47,436 nt of DNA from Candidatus Altarchaeum sp. (lineage in GTDB: Archaea; Altiarchaeota; Altiarchaeia; Altiarchaeales; Altiarchaeaceae). Of the stretch, positions 16,933 through 27,098 are shown piece after piece. Position numbers and translations under genes: made by a program. Location of the stretch: NCBI GenBank assembly GCA_018260615.1, contig JAGWDQ010000084.1:1-47436 (forward strand), in the 5' to 3' direction. The stretch's first letter is position 1; each line of letters opens with the position of its first letter. A model generated the notes under the pieces. The model was not told the DNA's origin. It worked only from the letters and a program-made list of their open reading frames with translations, and searched no databases.

Positions 16933-17829
16933 ATGGCACAAACAATTAACATGGACGATTTTGGTGACTCGGTAAGAAAGGGACAACAGCAGATACATGG
17001 AAGCATGAAGATTATCGGAATAGTTGCAGTATTATTTTTTGCACTCATATTCCTCTTTGGTTTTTGTATTGTAACAATTCCTGCAGGACATGTCGGAGTC
17101 CAGTATTCCTGGTTTGGAGGGGTGCAGGAATATGAATTTACAGAGGGGTGGCATTTAAAGGCGCCGTGGATTTCGGTAACAACATACAGTATCAGAACAA
17201 TTGAAAAAACAGAAGTCATGCACGCTTTATCTAACGAGGGATTGAGTGTAAATATGGAAGCAACTGTTTTGTACCACATCATTCCTGATAAAGCAAATGA
17301 GGTACATAAAGGCATTGGTCCCAATTATGAAGGTGTTGTTGTTATGCCTCAGTTCAGATCTGTTGTCCGGGAAGTTGTGGCAGAATATCAGGCAATAGAC
17401 ATTTATACTGAAAAAAGAGCGGTTCTTGAAAATAAGGTGTTTGAAGATGCAAGCAAACGACTTAAAGGAAAAAATATAGTTGTGGAAAGTGTTCTTTTCA
17501 GGAATGTGGAACTTCCGCAGCAGTTAAAGAATTCTATTGAAGAAAAGAAAAAAGCAGAACAGGATTCACTTAGAATGGAATACATACTTGAAAAAGAGAA
17601 AAAGGAAGCGGACAGAAAAAGAATTGAAGCACAGGGTATTTCTGATGCAAACAAAATAATTGCAAATTCATTAACATCGCAATATTTAACATGGTACTGG
17701 ATATCCAACCTTGATAAGCATAACAGCGTGATTTATGTTCCGATAGGCGACAACGGAATGCCTATGTTTAAGAATGTTGATAGTGTTCGCACAGATATTG
17801 TTACTAATGTTACGAATTCCACGGGATAA
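16933..17829 (+). CDS. SPFH/prohibitin (band 7) protein
   Basis: TM then TIPAGHVGVQYS.FGGV, EGWHLKAPW, coiled-coil AEQDSLRMEYILEKEKKEADRKRIEAQG. Confidence 0.85.
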   Translation: MAQTINMDDFGDSVRKGQQQIHGSMKIIGIVAVLFFALIFLFGFCIVTIPAGHVGVQYSWFGGVQEYEFTEGWHLKAPWISVTTYSIRTIEKTEVMHALSNEGLSVNMEATVLYHIIPDKANEVHKGIGPNYEGVVVMPQFRSVVREVVAEYQAIDIYTEKRAVLENKVFEDASKRLKGKNIVVESVLFRNVELPQQLKNSIEEKKKAEQDSLRMEYILEKEKKEADRKRIEAQGISDANKIIANSLTSQYLTWYWISNLDKHNSVIYVPIGDNGMPMFKNVDSVRTDIVTNVTNSTG

Positions 17830-18012
17830 TTCCATGAAAATAAGAAAAATTGAAAAAAGAATAACCTAACTTGAAAAAGCGAATAATAATACAAAGGAAT
17901 AACAAGATAAAATAAACTAATGCGCTGCCGGACGATAAAATTTTGCGAAATTTAAATTTTCCTTTTTCTAAAATTTGCCAAATAATTGTATTTAAATTTA
18001 TCCTTAAATTTA

Positions 18013-19143
18013 TCATCCGACCATTTCATCAACAAACCATTTTGCATCAAATTCCCTGATATCTTCATAAGATTGCCCGATTCCCATAAATATGATCGGC
18101 TTTTGAATTGTGTGGGCAATGCTTAATGCACAGCCACCCTTTGCGGTATCCATTTTGGCAATAATTACCGCATCTATCCCTACCGCTTCATTAAATTCCC
18201 TTGCCTGTTCAACGGCATCGTTTCCCGTCAGTGCATCGGCAACGAATACCTTTAAATCCGGCTTCATAACCTTAACAACTTTCTTCATTTCATTCATTAA
18301 ATCCTTGTTTGTCTGCATCCTTCCGGCAGTATCTGCAAATACAAAGTCAATATAATGTGCTTTTGCATATTCAACTGTATCATATATAATTGCAGCAGCA
18401 TCAGTGCCTCTCTTCTCCGGCTTTATAACCTTAATTCCTAATCGTTCTCCGTGGACTGAAATTTGTTCAATTGCACCGGCCCTGAATGTATCGCCCGCTG
18501 CAAATACAACGCTCTTGTTCTTATTGAGCAAAAATTTCCCGAATTTTGCGATTGTTGTTGTCTTTCCTGTCCCGTTTATCCCAAAGAAAACGAGCTTTAT
18601 CGGCTTCGTTTTTGTCTTTGCCCATTCCATAAATTTCATATTGAGCTCGTTCTTATTTAAAATTTCCAGCAAAGCGTTCTTTATTTCTCTATTTACAAAT
18701 TTATCAATCTCATTTTTGTTTATTTCCTTGTCCTTCAGACGCTCAAAAATTTTCTCGCAAATTTTCCCGGATGTCTCATAAGCAACATCGCTGTCTATTA
18801 AATTCATCCGTAATTCCTCAATTGCCGGTTTTAAGTCACTTTCGGTTAATTTTATGTTGCTTGTAAATATGCCTTTTATTTTTGAGATGAGGGACAAATC
18901 AATCTTTATTCCCTTTTCCTTTCCGGTTTCTTCTTTTGCTTCCTTCGTCTCTTTTGTCTCTGTTACTTCAGCCCTCTTTGTCTCTGTTTGTGCTTCAGAA
19001 ATTTTCTCCGTTTCAGTCATCACAGCACAAATTTCTTCCTTTTTCTCTATCTGCTTTTCTTCCTTTACTTCTTTTTCATCCTCTTTTTTCTTTGTCAGCG
19101 AGGATATAAAAGTCGTAAATTTATTTTTAAGTATGCCGAACAT
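18013..19143 (-). CDS. ftsY: Signal recognition particle receptor FtsY
   Basis: GINGTGKTTTIAK, GDTFRAGAIEQ, DTAGR, DALTGNDA, AKMDTAKGG, GIGQSYEDI. Confidence 0.93.
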   Translation of the reverse strand: MFGILKNKFTTFISSLTKKKEDEKEVKEEKQIEKKEEICAVMTETEKISEAQTETKRAEVTETKETKEAKEETGKEKGIKIDLSLISKIKGIFTSNIKLTESDLKPAIEELRMNLIDSDVAYETSGKICEKIFERLKDKEINKNEIDKFVNREIKNALLEILNKNELNMKFMEWAKTKTKPIKLVFFGINGTGKTTTIAKFGKFLLNKNKSVVFAAGDTFRAGAIEQISVHGERLGIKVIKPEKRGTDAAAIIYDTVEYAKAHYIDFVFADTAGRMQTNKDLMNEMKKVVKVMKPDLKVFVADALTGNDAVEQAREFNEAVGIDAVIIAKMDTAKGGCALSIAHTIQKPIIFMGIGQSYEDIREFDAKWFVDEMVG

Positions 19144-19307
19144 TTTACTGATTTTGTATTAATTTAAAAATTAGAATTTAGAAAATTTAAATCAAATAAA
19201 TTTTCAACATGTTTCTAATATCATCTTTTTATTTTCATTGTTTTGTAATTTTTAAATTTGTTTAAATCTTAATGTAATTTTAATGTAATTATTTTATAGA
19301 ATATTGT

Positions 19308-22300
19308 TTGTGCTTAAAAATGTCAAATGTAAACAAGGATAAATTATTTCCTTTAATGGTAACGATAGTCATTGTCGGATTGTTATTATATTTTACCCCG
19401 GGTTTTGCGATTACAATAACCATAAATATGCCAAACGGAGAAATTTATAGATCCGGCGATGTAAATGCGATAGAATTTAACATTAATATAACAATTCCGG
19501 GCAATGAACTTATTCCAATAAATGAAGTCAGGTTTACGATAGTTGATGTTCACGGAAACAATCGTACGTGCAATTTGCCTTTAAATAACGGAAGTTATGA
19601 AATAAATTGTAATGATTATAATATTTCTGTTTTTGTATATGATAATTGCAATTATGAGTACGGACATCTCAATGTAAAAGAACCTTTTAATTACACATGG
19701 GGATTTGGTTATGGTTATGGAGCATCTAATTTGGGATGTAATAGAAGTTACAACATAACATGGAAATTAATAAATCCATATCCCGGTAATTATACGGTAG
19801 AAATTAAAATCATTTCAGACGGGAAGGAATTTATTCAGAAAAAAAAATTTACGATACTTCATCCATGTCAGGATGCCGACGGAGATGGTTATGGTGTTTG
19901 CCCGAATTGCAATACGACACACAACTGCACTTATGACGGAGACGATTGTAACGATTCAAATTCGGGCATCCATCCGGGAGCAACGGAAGTATGTAACAAC
20001 ATTGATGACAACTGCAACAATCAGATAGATGAAGGCAATGTTTGCTTTACAACCTATTATTGTGATAATGATTCAGATACTTACTTTGATAAACAAGCAG
20101 ACGGAACATGCAATTCTTACAAATGTGTCCCGGCAGGATGCCGGATAACACAGGGAAATGACTGCAACGACACAAATACATCAATAAAGCCAGGAGCAAT
20201 AGAAATCTGCGAAAACGGAATAGATGAGGATTGTAATGGATTTGATCTTAAATGCGGAGAGTGTCAGGATGCCGACGGAGATGGTTACGGTGTTTGTCCG
20301 AATTGCAATAATACTCTGAATAATTGCATTTATAATGGCAATGACTGTGACGACACAAATAACTTAATTCATCCGGGAGCGGCAGAAACCTGTAATGGCG
20401 TTGATGATAATTGTGATGGAATTACGGATATTAGTAATGGGATTAATACTTGTCCACTAATAACTTATTATTGTGATGGTGATGGTGACGGATACATAAG
20501 TAATATCTCTTCCGGAACATGCAGCATATACAATTGCGTTCCAGTAAATTGTTCCGCAATCCGGGGAAATGATTGTAATGACAATAATAATTCAATTCAT
20601 CCCGGTGCAACAGAATTGTATAACGGAGTGGATGATAATTGTAACGGATTAACTGACTATGGCAAAGGCGAAATTACAAACTTTGTCATAACACCCGCAG
20701 GCAGGATTATAAAGAATACGGACATTGAATTCAAAATAAATTTCAATAACACGGGGGAAATGAACCTGAATGTTACGCCTTGCATAAATATAACAAAACC
20801 GGATGGAACTATAATTTCATTTATCGGAAATACGACGAGTTTGGACGAATTTTCAAGTAGCGTTTTAAATATCACATGGAAAGCAAATTTAACTCCGGCT
20901 TACTACACCATAAAGCCATACATAATATACGAGTACGGAGGAATCATAAAAACCGCAACTTACAACTCAACAGAAATAAGAATTTTAAAACAAGCAGGAA
21001 TTGCAGTGCGTCCGAAAATAGTAAATGTCGAATTAAATCCGAATAAAAAAGCGGAAATCACGTTGTTTATAGAAAATACGGGAGAAGTTAAACTGGAAAA
21101 TGTTGCCCTTCATTCTGTAACGAATAACATCTCTATTTTTAATTTCACGAAAAATAATTTTAATTTATCAAATTCAAATATTACTGCGGTTACAATGTAT
21201 GTGACTTCTAACAAAACAGGTTATCATACAGAACAGTTACAAATAACCGCGAATAATGCGAATCCGGTTAATGTAACCTTCAATGTAAATGTAACTTCTG
21301 ATGCGCATGCTGTTGTAGATAAACAGGAAACAGTGTACATAATTAACGAAACGCAGAAGGAGATACCTATAAAAGATACACTTAATCTGCAGAATACGGG
21401 AAACAAAACGATAATAAACATAACTATAAATAAGACCGGAACTGCAAAAGAATTTATAAATATTGACAATTTTACGATTCCTGAAAATCTCACCGAAGAT
21501 AACAATCTCGCAATAAATTATACACTTTCCGTTCCAAATAATACCTCTCCAGGAACTTATACGACGGATGTTGAAATATGTTTTGTCGGATCTCCGGTCA
21601 GATGTATTTACTGTAGTATTGATGTGATTGTACTCGGTTCAAGCATAGATGTTGATATCAGCGAACGGATGTCTCCATTAGATATAAAAGCCGGCGATAC
21701 TGTCAAAGATATACCTGTTACTTTAACAAACAAAGGCAATGAAACGATTATCATACACTTGATTGCCAGAGATCTTATATCAGGGGAAGGAAAAAAGATA
21801 TCCGCGGAAAATATAAAATTTTCAGACAATGATGTACTGCTCGATGCCTCGGGGTATAATAAAAGAGTAATTTATACGGATATTTCCGTACCTCCGGGCA
21901 CGCCTCCCGGCATATATTCCGGCGAAATTGAAGTGAGAGAATATGGAGACAACTACGAAATCAGATTTGAGAAATCAATAAATATGGTGATAAATGTTCC
22001 CGTTCAGGAAATAATTACGGATTCGTACAAGGGAGGCGGGGGAGGAGCGGGTGTCAGAGGTACCGGGACAATTCCTTTACCTGGACAATTAACAAAAAGT
22101 GAAGCCGGCATTATTTTAACAAATTCAAAACATGAAGGTCCGTTGAGCATAACAATAATCCTTTTTACCGATGTAAATGGAAGTGTTATAATTACCGCTC
22201 CGTATTTCAAAGAACCGGCTGATGTTGTTCCGTTAACAGATGACTTTGTAGTTTATTTTGGAATTGATCTTGTCAATATAAGCAACGAAGACATAAAAAA

Positions 22301-23666
22301 TAGAATTATTGAGTTAATAATAAATAAAAGCTGGATGGATGAAAATTATGTAAATAAGAGAACGGTTAAATTATGGCATTATCTTGACGGATGGAAAGAA
22401 GTTCGCGTAAATGCAACAGAAAATGAATGTTTTATAAAGTTAACTGCACAAGTTGTTTCTTTCTCCTACTTTGCTCTTACGGCAAAATATGAACCGCAGC
22501 TGCAGATTGATGTATCTTCAATGATAGAAAATGAAATATTTTTCGTAAAAATTACATACGATTTAAAACCCGTTGCCAACGCGAGCGTAAAGTATAATGA
22601 CGAATATAAAAATACAGACACGAACGGAACGGTAAATTTTACTGCAAAGAGAGGAAAGTGCGAAATAATCGCGAGCAAAAAAGGATATATGCCATCTTCT
22701 TTATCAGTTTGTCCGAAACTAATTTTGAATATCAATTCGCCGGATAAAGTGACTGTCGGTGAAAAATTTGATGTAGTAGTTACGGATATTGAAGGAAATT
22801 TAATAAAAAATGTGAAAGTCATCGTAAAATATAATTCCGGAAAAACAGATATTGCAACGACTGACGAGAAAGGTTTGTGTACTTTTACTGCATCTGAAAA
22901 CGGAACGATAGTCATAACTGCACAGGGTGAAGAATATAAAAGTATGGAAAGTATAAGCACGATTGAAGCAAAAATTGAAGAAAGCAAAGACGATATGAAT
23001 TTACTTTATGTGTTGACTGGAATAATTCTTGCCGGAATTGTGATAGGATTTATAATTTTGAGATTCAAAAAAGTACAAAAATTTAAAACGGAAGAAACAG
23101 AAAAGTCGGAAGCAGAAGAAACAGAAAAATCGGAAGCAGAAGAAACAGAAAAGTCGGAAGCAGAAGAAACAGAAAAGTCGGAAGCAGAAGAAACAGAAAA
23201 ATCGGAAATATCGGAAACAGAAAAACTTCCGGAAAATGTCAGGTGTGTTCTGAATGAAAAGGAAATGAACGTAATAAATATATTATCAAAAGAGGATCAT
23301 CTAACTCAGACAGAAATTTGTTCCAAAATTGGCATTCCGCGGGCAACTGCAAGTTATTGTCTGAACAGATTGGAATTGCGGGGCATGATTAAAAGATTTG
23401 AAAAAAGAACGAGCAAAGTTGTGACCTTGGAAGAATGGGTTAAAAATGTGTTGTACGAAAGTAAAGGAAACGAATACTGGTTGAGAATTGTTCTTGCGCT
23501 ACGGGAAGAAAATAATTTAAATCAAAAAACATTATCAGAAAGGACAAATATTCCGGAAGCTACATTGTCAAACATTTTGCGAATAGTAGAAGAAAACGGA
23601 ATAATCAGAAAAGTAAAGCACGGAATGAGCGTAATCATTCAACTGGCAAAGTATCAAAAAAACTAA
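19308..23666 (+). CDS. Giant surface protein: Cys/Asp-rich MopE-like repeats, Ig-like domains, PGF-pre-PGF domain, TM, acidic linker, two C-terminal wHTH domains
   Basis: DADGDGYG...DCND...HPGATE.CN..DDNC repeats; KSW...LWHY..GWKEV...SFSYFAL; TM LYVLTGIILAGIVIGFIIL; LTQTEICSKIGIPRATASYCLNRLE.RGMI and LNQKTLSERTNIPEATLSNILRIVEENGII. Confidence 0.8.
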   Translation: MCLKMSNVNKDKLFPLMVTIVIVGLLLYFTPGFAITITINMPNGEIYRSGDVNAIEFNINITIPGNELIPINEVRFTIVDVHGNNRTCNLPLNNGSYEINCNDYNISVFVYDNCNYEYGHLNVKEPFNYTWGFGYGYGASNLGCNRSYNITWKLINPYPGNYTVEIKIISDGKEFIQKKKFTILHPCQDADGDGYGVCPNCNTTHNCTYDGDDCNDSNSGIHPGATEVCNNIDDNCNNQIDEGNVCFTTYYCDNDSDTYFDKQADGTCNSYKCVPAGCRITQGNDCNDTNTSIKPGAIEICENGIDEDCNGFDLKCGECQDADGDGYGVCPNCNNTLNNCIYNGNDCDDTNNLIHPGAAETCNGVDDNCDGITDISNGINTCPLITYYCDGDGDGYISNISSGTCSIYNCVPVNCSAIRGNDCNDNNNSIHPGATELYNGVDDNCNGLTDYGKGEITNFVITPAGRIIKNTDIEFKINFNNTGEMNLNVTPCINITKPDGTIISFIGNTTSLDEFSSSVLNITWKANLTPAYYTIKPYIIYEYGGIIKTATYNSTEIRILKQAGIAVRPKIVNVELNPNKKAEITLFIENTGEVKLENVALHSVTNNISIFNFTKNNFNLSNSNITAVTMYVTSNKTGYHTEQLQITANNANPVNVTFNVNVTSDAHAVVDKQETVYIINETQKEIPIKDTLNLQNTGNKTIINITINKTGTAKEFINIDNFTIPENLTEDNNLAINYTLSVPNNTSPGTYTTDVEICFVGSPVRCIYCSIDVIVLGSSIDVDISERMSPLDIKAGDTVKDIPVTLTNKGNETIIIHLIARDLISGEGKKISAENIKFSDNDVLLDASGYNKRVIYTDISVPPGTPPGIYSGEIEVREYGDNYEIRFEKSINMVINVPVQEIITDSYKGGGGGAGVRGTGTIPLPGQLTKSEAGIILTNSKHEGPLSITIILFTDVNGSVIITAPYFKEPADVVPLTDDFVVYFGIDLVNISNEDIKNRIIELIINKSWMDENYVNKRTVKLWHYLDGWKEVRVNATENECFIKLTAQVVSFSYFALTAKYEPQLQIDVSSMIENEIFFVKITYDLKPVANASVKYNDEYKNTDTNGTVNFTAKRGKCEIIASKKGYMPSSLSVCPKLILNINSPDKVTVGEKFDVVVTDIEGNLIKNVKVIVKYNSGKTDIATTDEKGLCTFTASENGTIVITAQGEEYKSMESISTIEAKIEESKDDMNLLYVLTGIILAGIVIGFIILRFKKVQKFKTEETEKSEAEETEKSEAEETEKSEAEETEKSEAEETEKSEISETEKLPENVRCVLNEKEMNVINILSKEDHLTQTEICSKIGIPRATASYCLNRLELRGMIKRFEKRTSKVVTLEEWVKNVLYESKGNEYWLRIVLALREENNLNQKTLSERTNIPEATLSNILRIVEENGIIRKVKHGMSVIIQLAKYQKN
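23091..23225 (+). repeat. In-frame 24-bp tandem repeat (EETEKSEA)x5
   Basis: GAAGAAACAGAAAARTCGGAAGCA units from 23091. Confidence 0.9.
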
Positions 23667-23691
23667 TTTCTTAATTTTTTGTTAAAATTCT

Positions 23692-23869
23692 TTGTTCAAA
23701 CTTGTCCAATTTTATGGATAAATTGTCCAAACTGAATTCCGGATTATTTTCACCTTTGGTTCATTTCTAATTTTTTGTTCAGACAGTTCAAAAGTTGTCC
23801 AGAAAACTGATTCTGATTCTTTAAATTTTCATCTGTGAACTTTTCTTTTTCACGGCAAATTTTTGTCCA
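23692..23869 (+). promoter_or_regulatory. Six same-orientation TTGTYCA heptamers, candidate operator array
   Basis: Starts at 23692, 23702, 23723, 23775, 23795, 23863. Confidence 0.45.
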
Positions 23870-23974
23870 AAAAACTGATTCAAAAATCCAGATATGCTGT
23901 TCATGCCCATTTATTAATACAGAAAATTAAAAAAATTAAAAAAATTAAAAAATAAAAATTTAACAAAAATTAAG

Positions 23975-24973
23975 ATGAGCAGCATAAAAAGCATAAAAAA
24001 TAAAATTTTTGGAGGGATTAAAAGGGGGATAATAAAAGGGAAGAACAATAAAACAAAAACAAAAATATCCGATAAAAACAAAAATATAACACTATCTTTA
24101 ATATTGACAAGTGTTATAATTGGATTGCTGGTGTTTTCCGGATCGGGACCAGGAATAGTTGAAGAAGTTTCAGCAGCATCTGGTTTTGGGTATAAAGATG
24201 GTGATGGTGGTGCTCATCCAGATCCGGATGGTAGTAAAGGTATAACCACAATTACAGAAAAAACAATTGAAAAAAATGGAAAAACAATCTCATACTCTTA
24301 CACAAAAAATTATAAGGGAGAGATAATTGATGGAGTAGTAAGTGTTACAGATGAAAGTAAAATAAATATCAATGCGGGCAACAAAAACGTGATTATTACG
24401 GGTATAAACACTGGAACACTTAAAGATCCGGATAAAATGAACACATATAAAGAATGGGCAAAAGATAATGATGCTATTTTAGTTATATGTTATCCCAACA
24501 CGAACATATTCAGTGGAGTATTCCAAGTACTTGCAGCCAACTTTGGGATAAAAACCAAAGAAAACGGATTAAAAAATATAGAATCTATTAAGACCGAAGG
24601 AACTATCATAGCACATAGCGGAGGGGCAACAACACTTAATCAATTAACAAAAGAAAATAAGATAGCAGCCAAAGAAATAATATATTGCTCTCCACAACTC
24701 ATAACTCAAAAAGAACTTGAGTATATCAACGAGGGTAAAAATGAAGAGAAAAAAATAGCTATATATAGTATTACTGGAACGGGTGATGGGTCGAAGAATT
24801 ATGATTATATACTATTTTATAAACACAAATCAAACCAAGAAAACAACATAAAGGTATTACATCCTGATGGGGGTCATTCGAGTTATGTTGGAAAAACGAT
24901 AGAATATCTTAAAGGACCAAGCGAACAAGGTGATTGGTATACTCCAGAGGAACTTGGATATGCATATGTTTAA
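23975..24973 (+). CDS. Secreted protein, conserved signal region plus alpha/beta-hydrolase-like payload
   Basis: SLILTS.IIG.LVFSG.GPG...EVSA signal; IAHSGGA nucleophile-elbow-like motif. Confidence 0.55.
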   Translation: MSSIKSIKNKIFGGIKRGIIKGKNNKTKTKISDKNKNITLSLILTSVIIGLLVFSGSGPGIVEEVSAASGFGYKDGDGGAHPDPDGSKGITTITEKTIEKNGKTISYSYTKNYKGEIIDGVVSVTDESKININAGNKNVIITGINTGTLKDPDKMNTYKEWAKDNDAILVICYPNTNIFSGVFQVLAANFGIKTKENGLKNIESIKTEGTIIAHSGGATTLNQLTKENKIAAKEIIYCSPQLITQKELEYINEGKNEEKKIAIYSITGTGDGSKNYDYILFYKHKSNQENNIKVLHPDGGHSSYVGKTIEYLKGPSEQGDWYTPEELGYAYV

Positions 24974-25014
24974 CATAATTAAAATTAAAATTAAAATTTT
25001 GAATATGTTTAAAA

Positions 25015-25467
25015 ATGAAAAATACTATATCAAAAACGAAAATAAAAAATAACAGAAAAACAGAAATATTGAATGAAAACAAAGATAAAATACCATCTTT
25101 AATATTGACAAGTTTTATAATTGGAGTGTTAGTTTTTTCTGGACTGGGACCAGGAACAATTAAAGAAGTTTCAGCAGATTATAACCCTCCAGGATGGGGA
25201 GGAGGAGGAAGTATATATGGATATCCTCCTGATGCTTGGGTTGGTGATGGCCCAGATAAAAAAATGAGAAGTGGTGTGGGTACAATCCCACCAAAAGACA
25301 CTGATGTGGATTTTGTCAAAATCAATGGCGAATGGTGGAAGATAGCAGGACCCGTGTATATAGACGATAGGGGGAAGATATGGGGGTTGTGGCCGCCAAA
25401 GATTAGCAATGTAGACGAAAACGGGAATCCGTGGAATTGGGATTCATGTATTAACTACGGTTATTAA
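25015..25467 (+). CDS. Secreted protein with the same signal region and an unrelated Gly/Pro/Trp-rich payload
   Basis: SLILTSFIIGVLVFSGLGPGTIKEVSA nearly identical to the 23975 gene; rest dissimilar. Confidence 0.55.
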   Translation: MKNTISKTKIKNNRKTEILNENKDKIPSLILTSFIIGVLVFSGLGPGTIKEVSADYNPPGWGGGGSIYGYPPDAWVGDGPDKKMRSGVGTIPPKDTDVDFVKINGEWWKIAGPVYIDDRGKIWGLWPPKISNVDENGNPWNWDSCINYGY

Positions 25468-25521
25468 AGAGGAAAACAATAAAACAAAAATCAAAAATAT
25501 ATTTGTGTTATCACTAATAAA

Positions 25522-25872
25522 ATGCCATCAAATCAATACCAAAAAGTATTTATAGGATATGGATTTAATGTCAGCAGCGTGCAGAATATGATAAAACAAT
25601 ATAATAGCAGAATTGTAGTTTTAGAGGCTGAAAAATCGTTATACAATACCAGAACAAGTTCCATAGCATATTACCTCGTAGATAACAATGGATATACTTG
25701 TATTTGGATGAAAAAAGTCAAAAGAAAAAGATATCCTGAAAAAGTGTTGAAAATAGTACTCGTTCCGGAAAGTGAATCTACAGAGAAACCGGAAGAAAAT
25801 TCAGTTTCATTCCGTTCAAAGTTTTGGAGTGGCGTTCCTGATACATTCAAACATGAGGAACTTAAAAAATAA
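25522..25872 (+). CDS. Hypothetical protein
   Basis: 116-aa ORF, no family recognised, ends 4 nt before leader copy A. Confidence 0.35.
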   Translation: MPSNQYQKVFIGYGFNVSSVQNMIKQYNSRIVVLEAEKSLYNTRTSSIAYYLVDNNGYTCIWMKKVKRKRYPEKVLKIVLVPESESTEKPEENSVSFRSKFWSGVPDTFKHEELKK

Positions 25873-25876
25873 ATAA

Positions 25877-26016
25877 AGCCGAGCTTTTCTGTGCGGCGGC
25901 ATTTCGGTTCGGTGCCGGTTAAAAACACAGAAAATGCATACAGGCAAGAACCGGGCGCCGAGGAGGGGCGCTTTACAAGGTCAAACTACAATGGGAACCT
26001 TGCGTAAGTAAATACT
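25877..26016 (+). ncRNA. 140-nt structured leader, copy A
   Basis: Near-identical to B, C, D; stems TTTTCTGTG/CACAGAAAA, CGGCAT/GTGCCG, GCGCC/GGCGC, CAAGG/CCTTG; 29 nt before ATG 26046. Confidence 0.7.
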
Positions 26017-26045
26017 AAAAAAATAAATAGAGGGAGAAAGGTAAA

Positions 26046-27023
26046 ATGAAAAAAATTTTAATTATGTGTATAATTGCGGTTGTGGCTTTTGCATTGGTGA
26101 GCTTGAGTGTGAGTGCAGATAATTTGTCACTTAAAGTGATGAATATGGAAGGAAATCAAAATTGTATTGACTTAACACAAGATGCAAATTTTGAAGTAGA
26201 TGTCATCGTGAATCATGATAAGCCCGTTTTGGGAGCGGCATTTAATTTGAATTATGATACAAACGTTCTTGAAACGGTTCTAATGACCGAAGGAAGCGTA
26301 ATGCATGAATGTAGTTCAACATCTTATTCGATGGTGCCTCCAAATGATACGGGGTGCGGAAATATAACTTTTCAGGATGTGTGTTTTGGTGGAAGCACAA
26401 CAAAAAATGGAACGATATTCAAAGTAACATTCCATGTGAAACAAGATATTAACTGCACAAATATAAGTGTGACTAATGGAGAGTTGTTTAACACTTCCGG
26501 ATATCCAATAGGTGTGTCTAACACAAACTTAAAGATTTGCAAAAATCAACCACCTATTGCAAAAGCGGTATTCCCAACATGCGGATATACAGATGAAATA
26601 TTGATGTTTAATGGAAATGGTTCTTATGATCCGGATGGCTCCATAAAAAGTTATCTTTGGGCATTTGATGATGGATACTTTACGAACATTACTGACACTT
26701 GGAAAGCACATCACGCTTATTCCATACCGGGAATGTATTTCGCTTCATTGGCAGTGAGAGACAACTGCGAAGCATTGAGCGTTACATTTAATGCCCCGAA
26801 TGCAACATGCATATTGCTCTCAGGAGATGTTGACCATAACGGACTTGTTAATGTGTATGATCTTGCCCTGCTGGCAGCATCGTTTGATAAGTGCTGTCCA
26901 AATATAAATGCAAATGTAGATTTCAACGGGGATAAATGTGTTAATATTTTGGATGCCGCTAAATTAGCCGCGAACTGGGGAAAAACATACACTGTCACTT
27001 GTAACTGCAGTAAGATGTGTTAA
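26046..27023 (+). CDS. Secreted cohesin-PKD-dockerin protein (adaptor scaffoldin-like)
   Basis: Cohesin-like FEVDV...FNLNYDTNVL...G.ITF...NGTIFKVTF; PKD NQPPIA...GSYDPDG..YLWAFDDG; dockerin GDVDHNGLVNVYD...DFNGDKCVNILD. Confidence 0.75.
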   Translation: MKKILIMCIIAVVAFALVSLSVSADNLSLKVMNMEGNQNCIDLTQDANFEVDVIVNHDKPVLGAAFNLNYDTNVLETVLMTEGSVMHECSSTSYSMVPPNDTGCGNITFQDVCFGGSTTKNGTIFKVTFHVKQDINCTNISVTNGELFNTSGYPIGVSNTNLKICKNQPPIAKAVFPTCGYTDEILMFNGNGSYDPDGSIKSYLWAFDDGYFTNITDTWKAHHAYSIPGMYFASLAVRDNCEALSVTFNAPNATCILLSGDVDHNGLVNVYDLALLAASFDKCCPNINANVDFNGDKCVNILDAAKLAANWGKTYTVTCNCSKMC

Positions 27024-27098
27024 TAGAAACTATGCTGAAGAGATTGTAATTGTTTTTTATTTTTTTAATTTTTTTAAATAAAATTTACATTAAAAAAT

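Noticed and set aside
25877-26016. 140-nt element as a known riboswitch/ribozyme (c-di-GMP, c-di-AMP, SAM, TPP, HDV, twister) or as a MITE
   Set aside because: Signature motifs not found by eye; no TIR/TSD and strict orientation and position before dockerin genes. The basal GA/AUAMA loop lacks the second G needed for a standard K-turn. An Rfam scan is still required.
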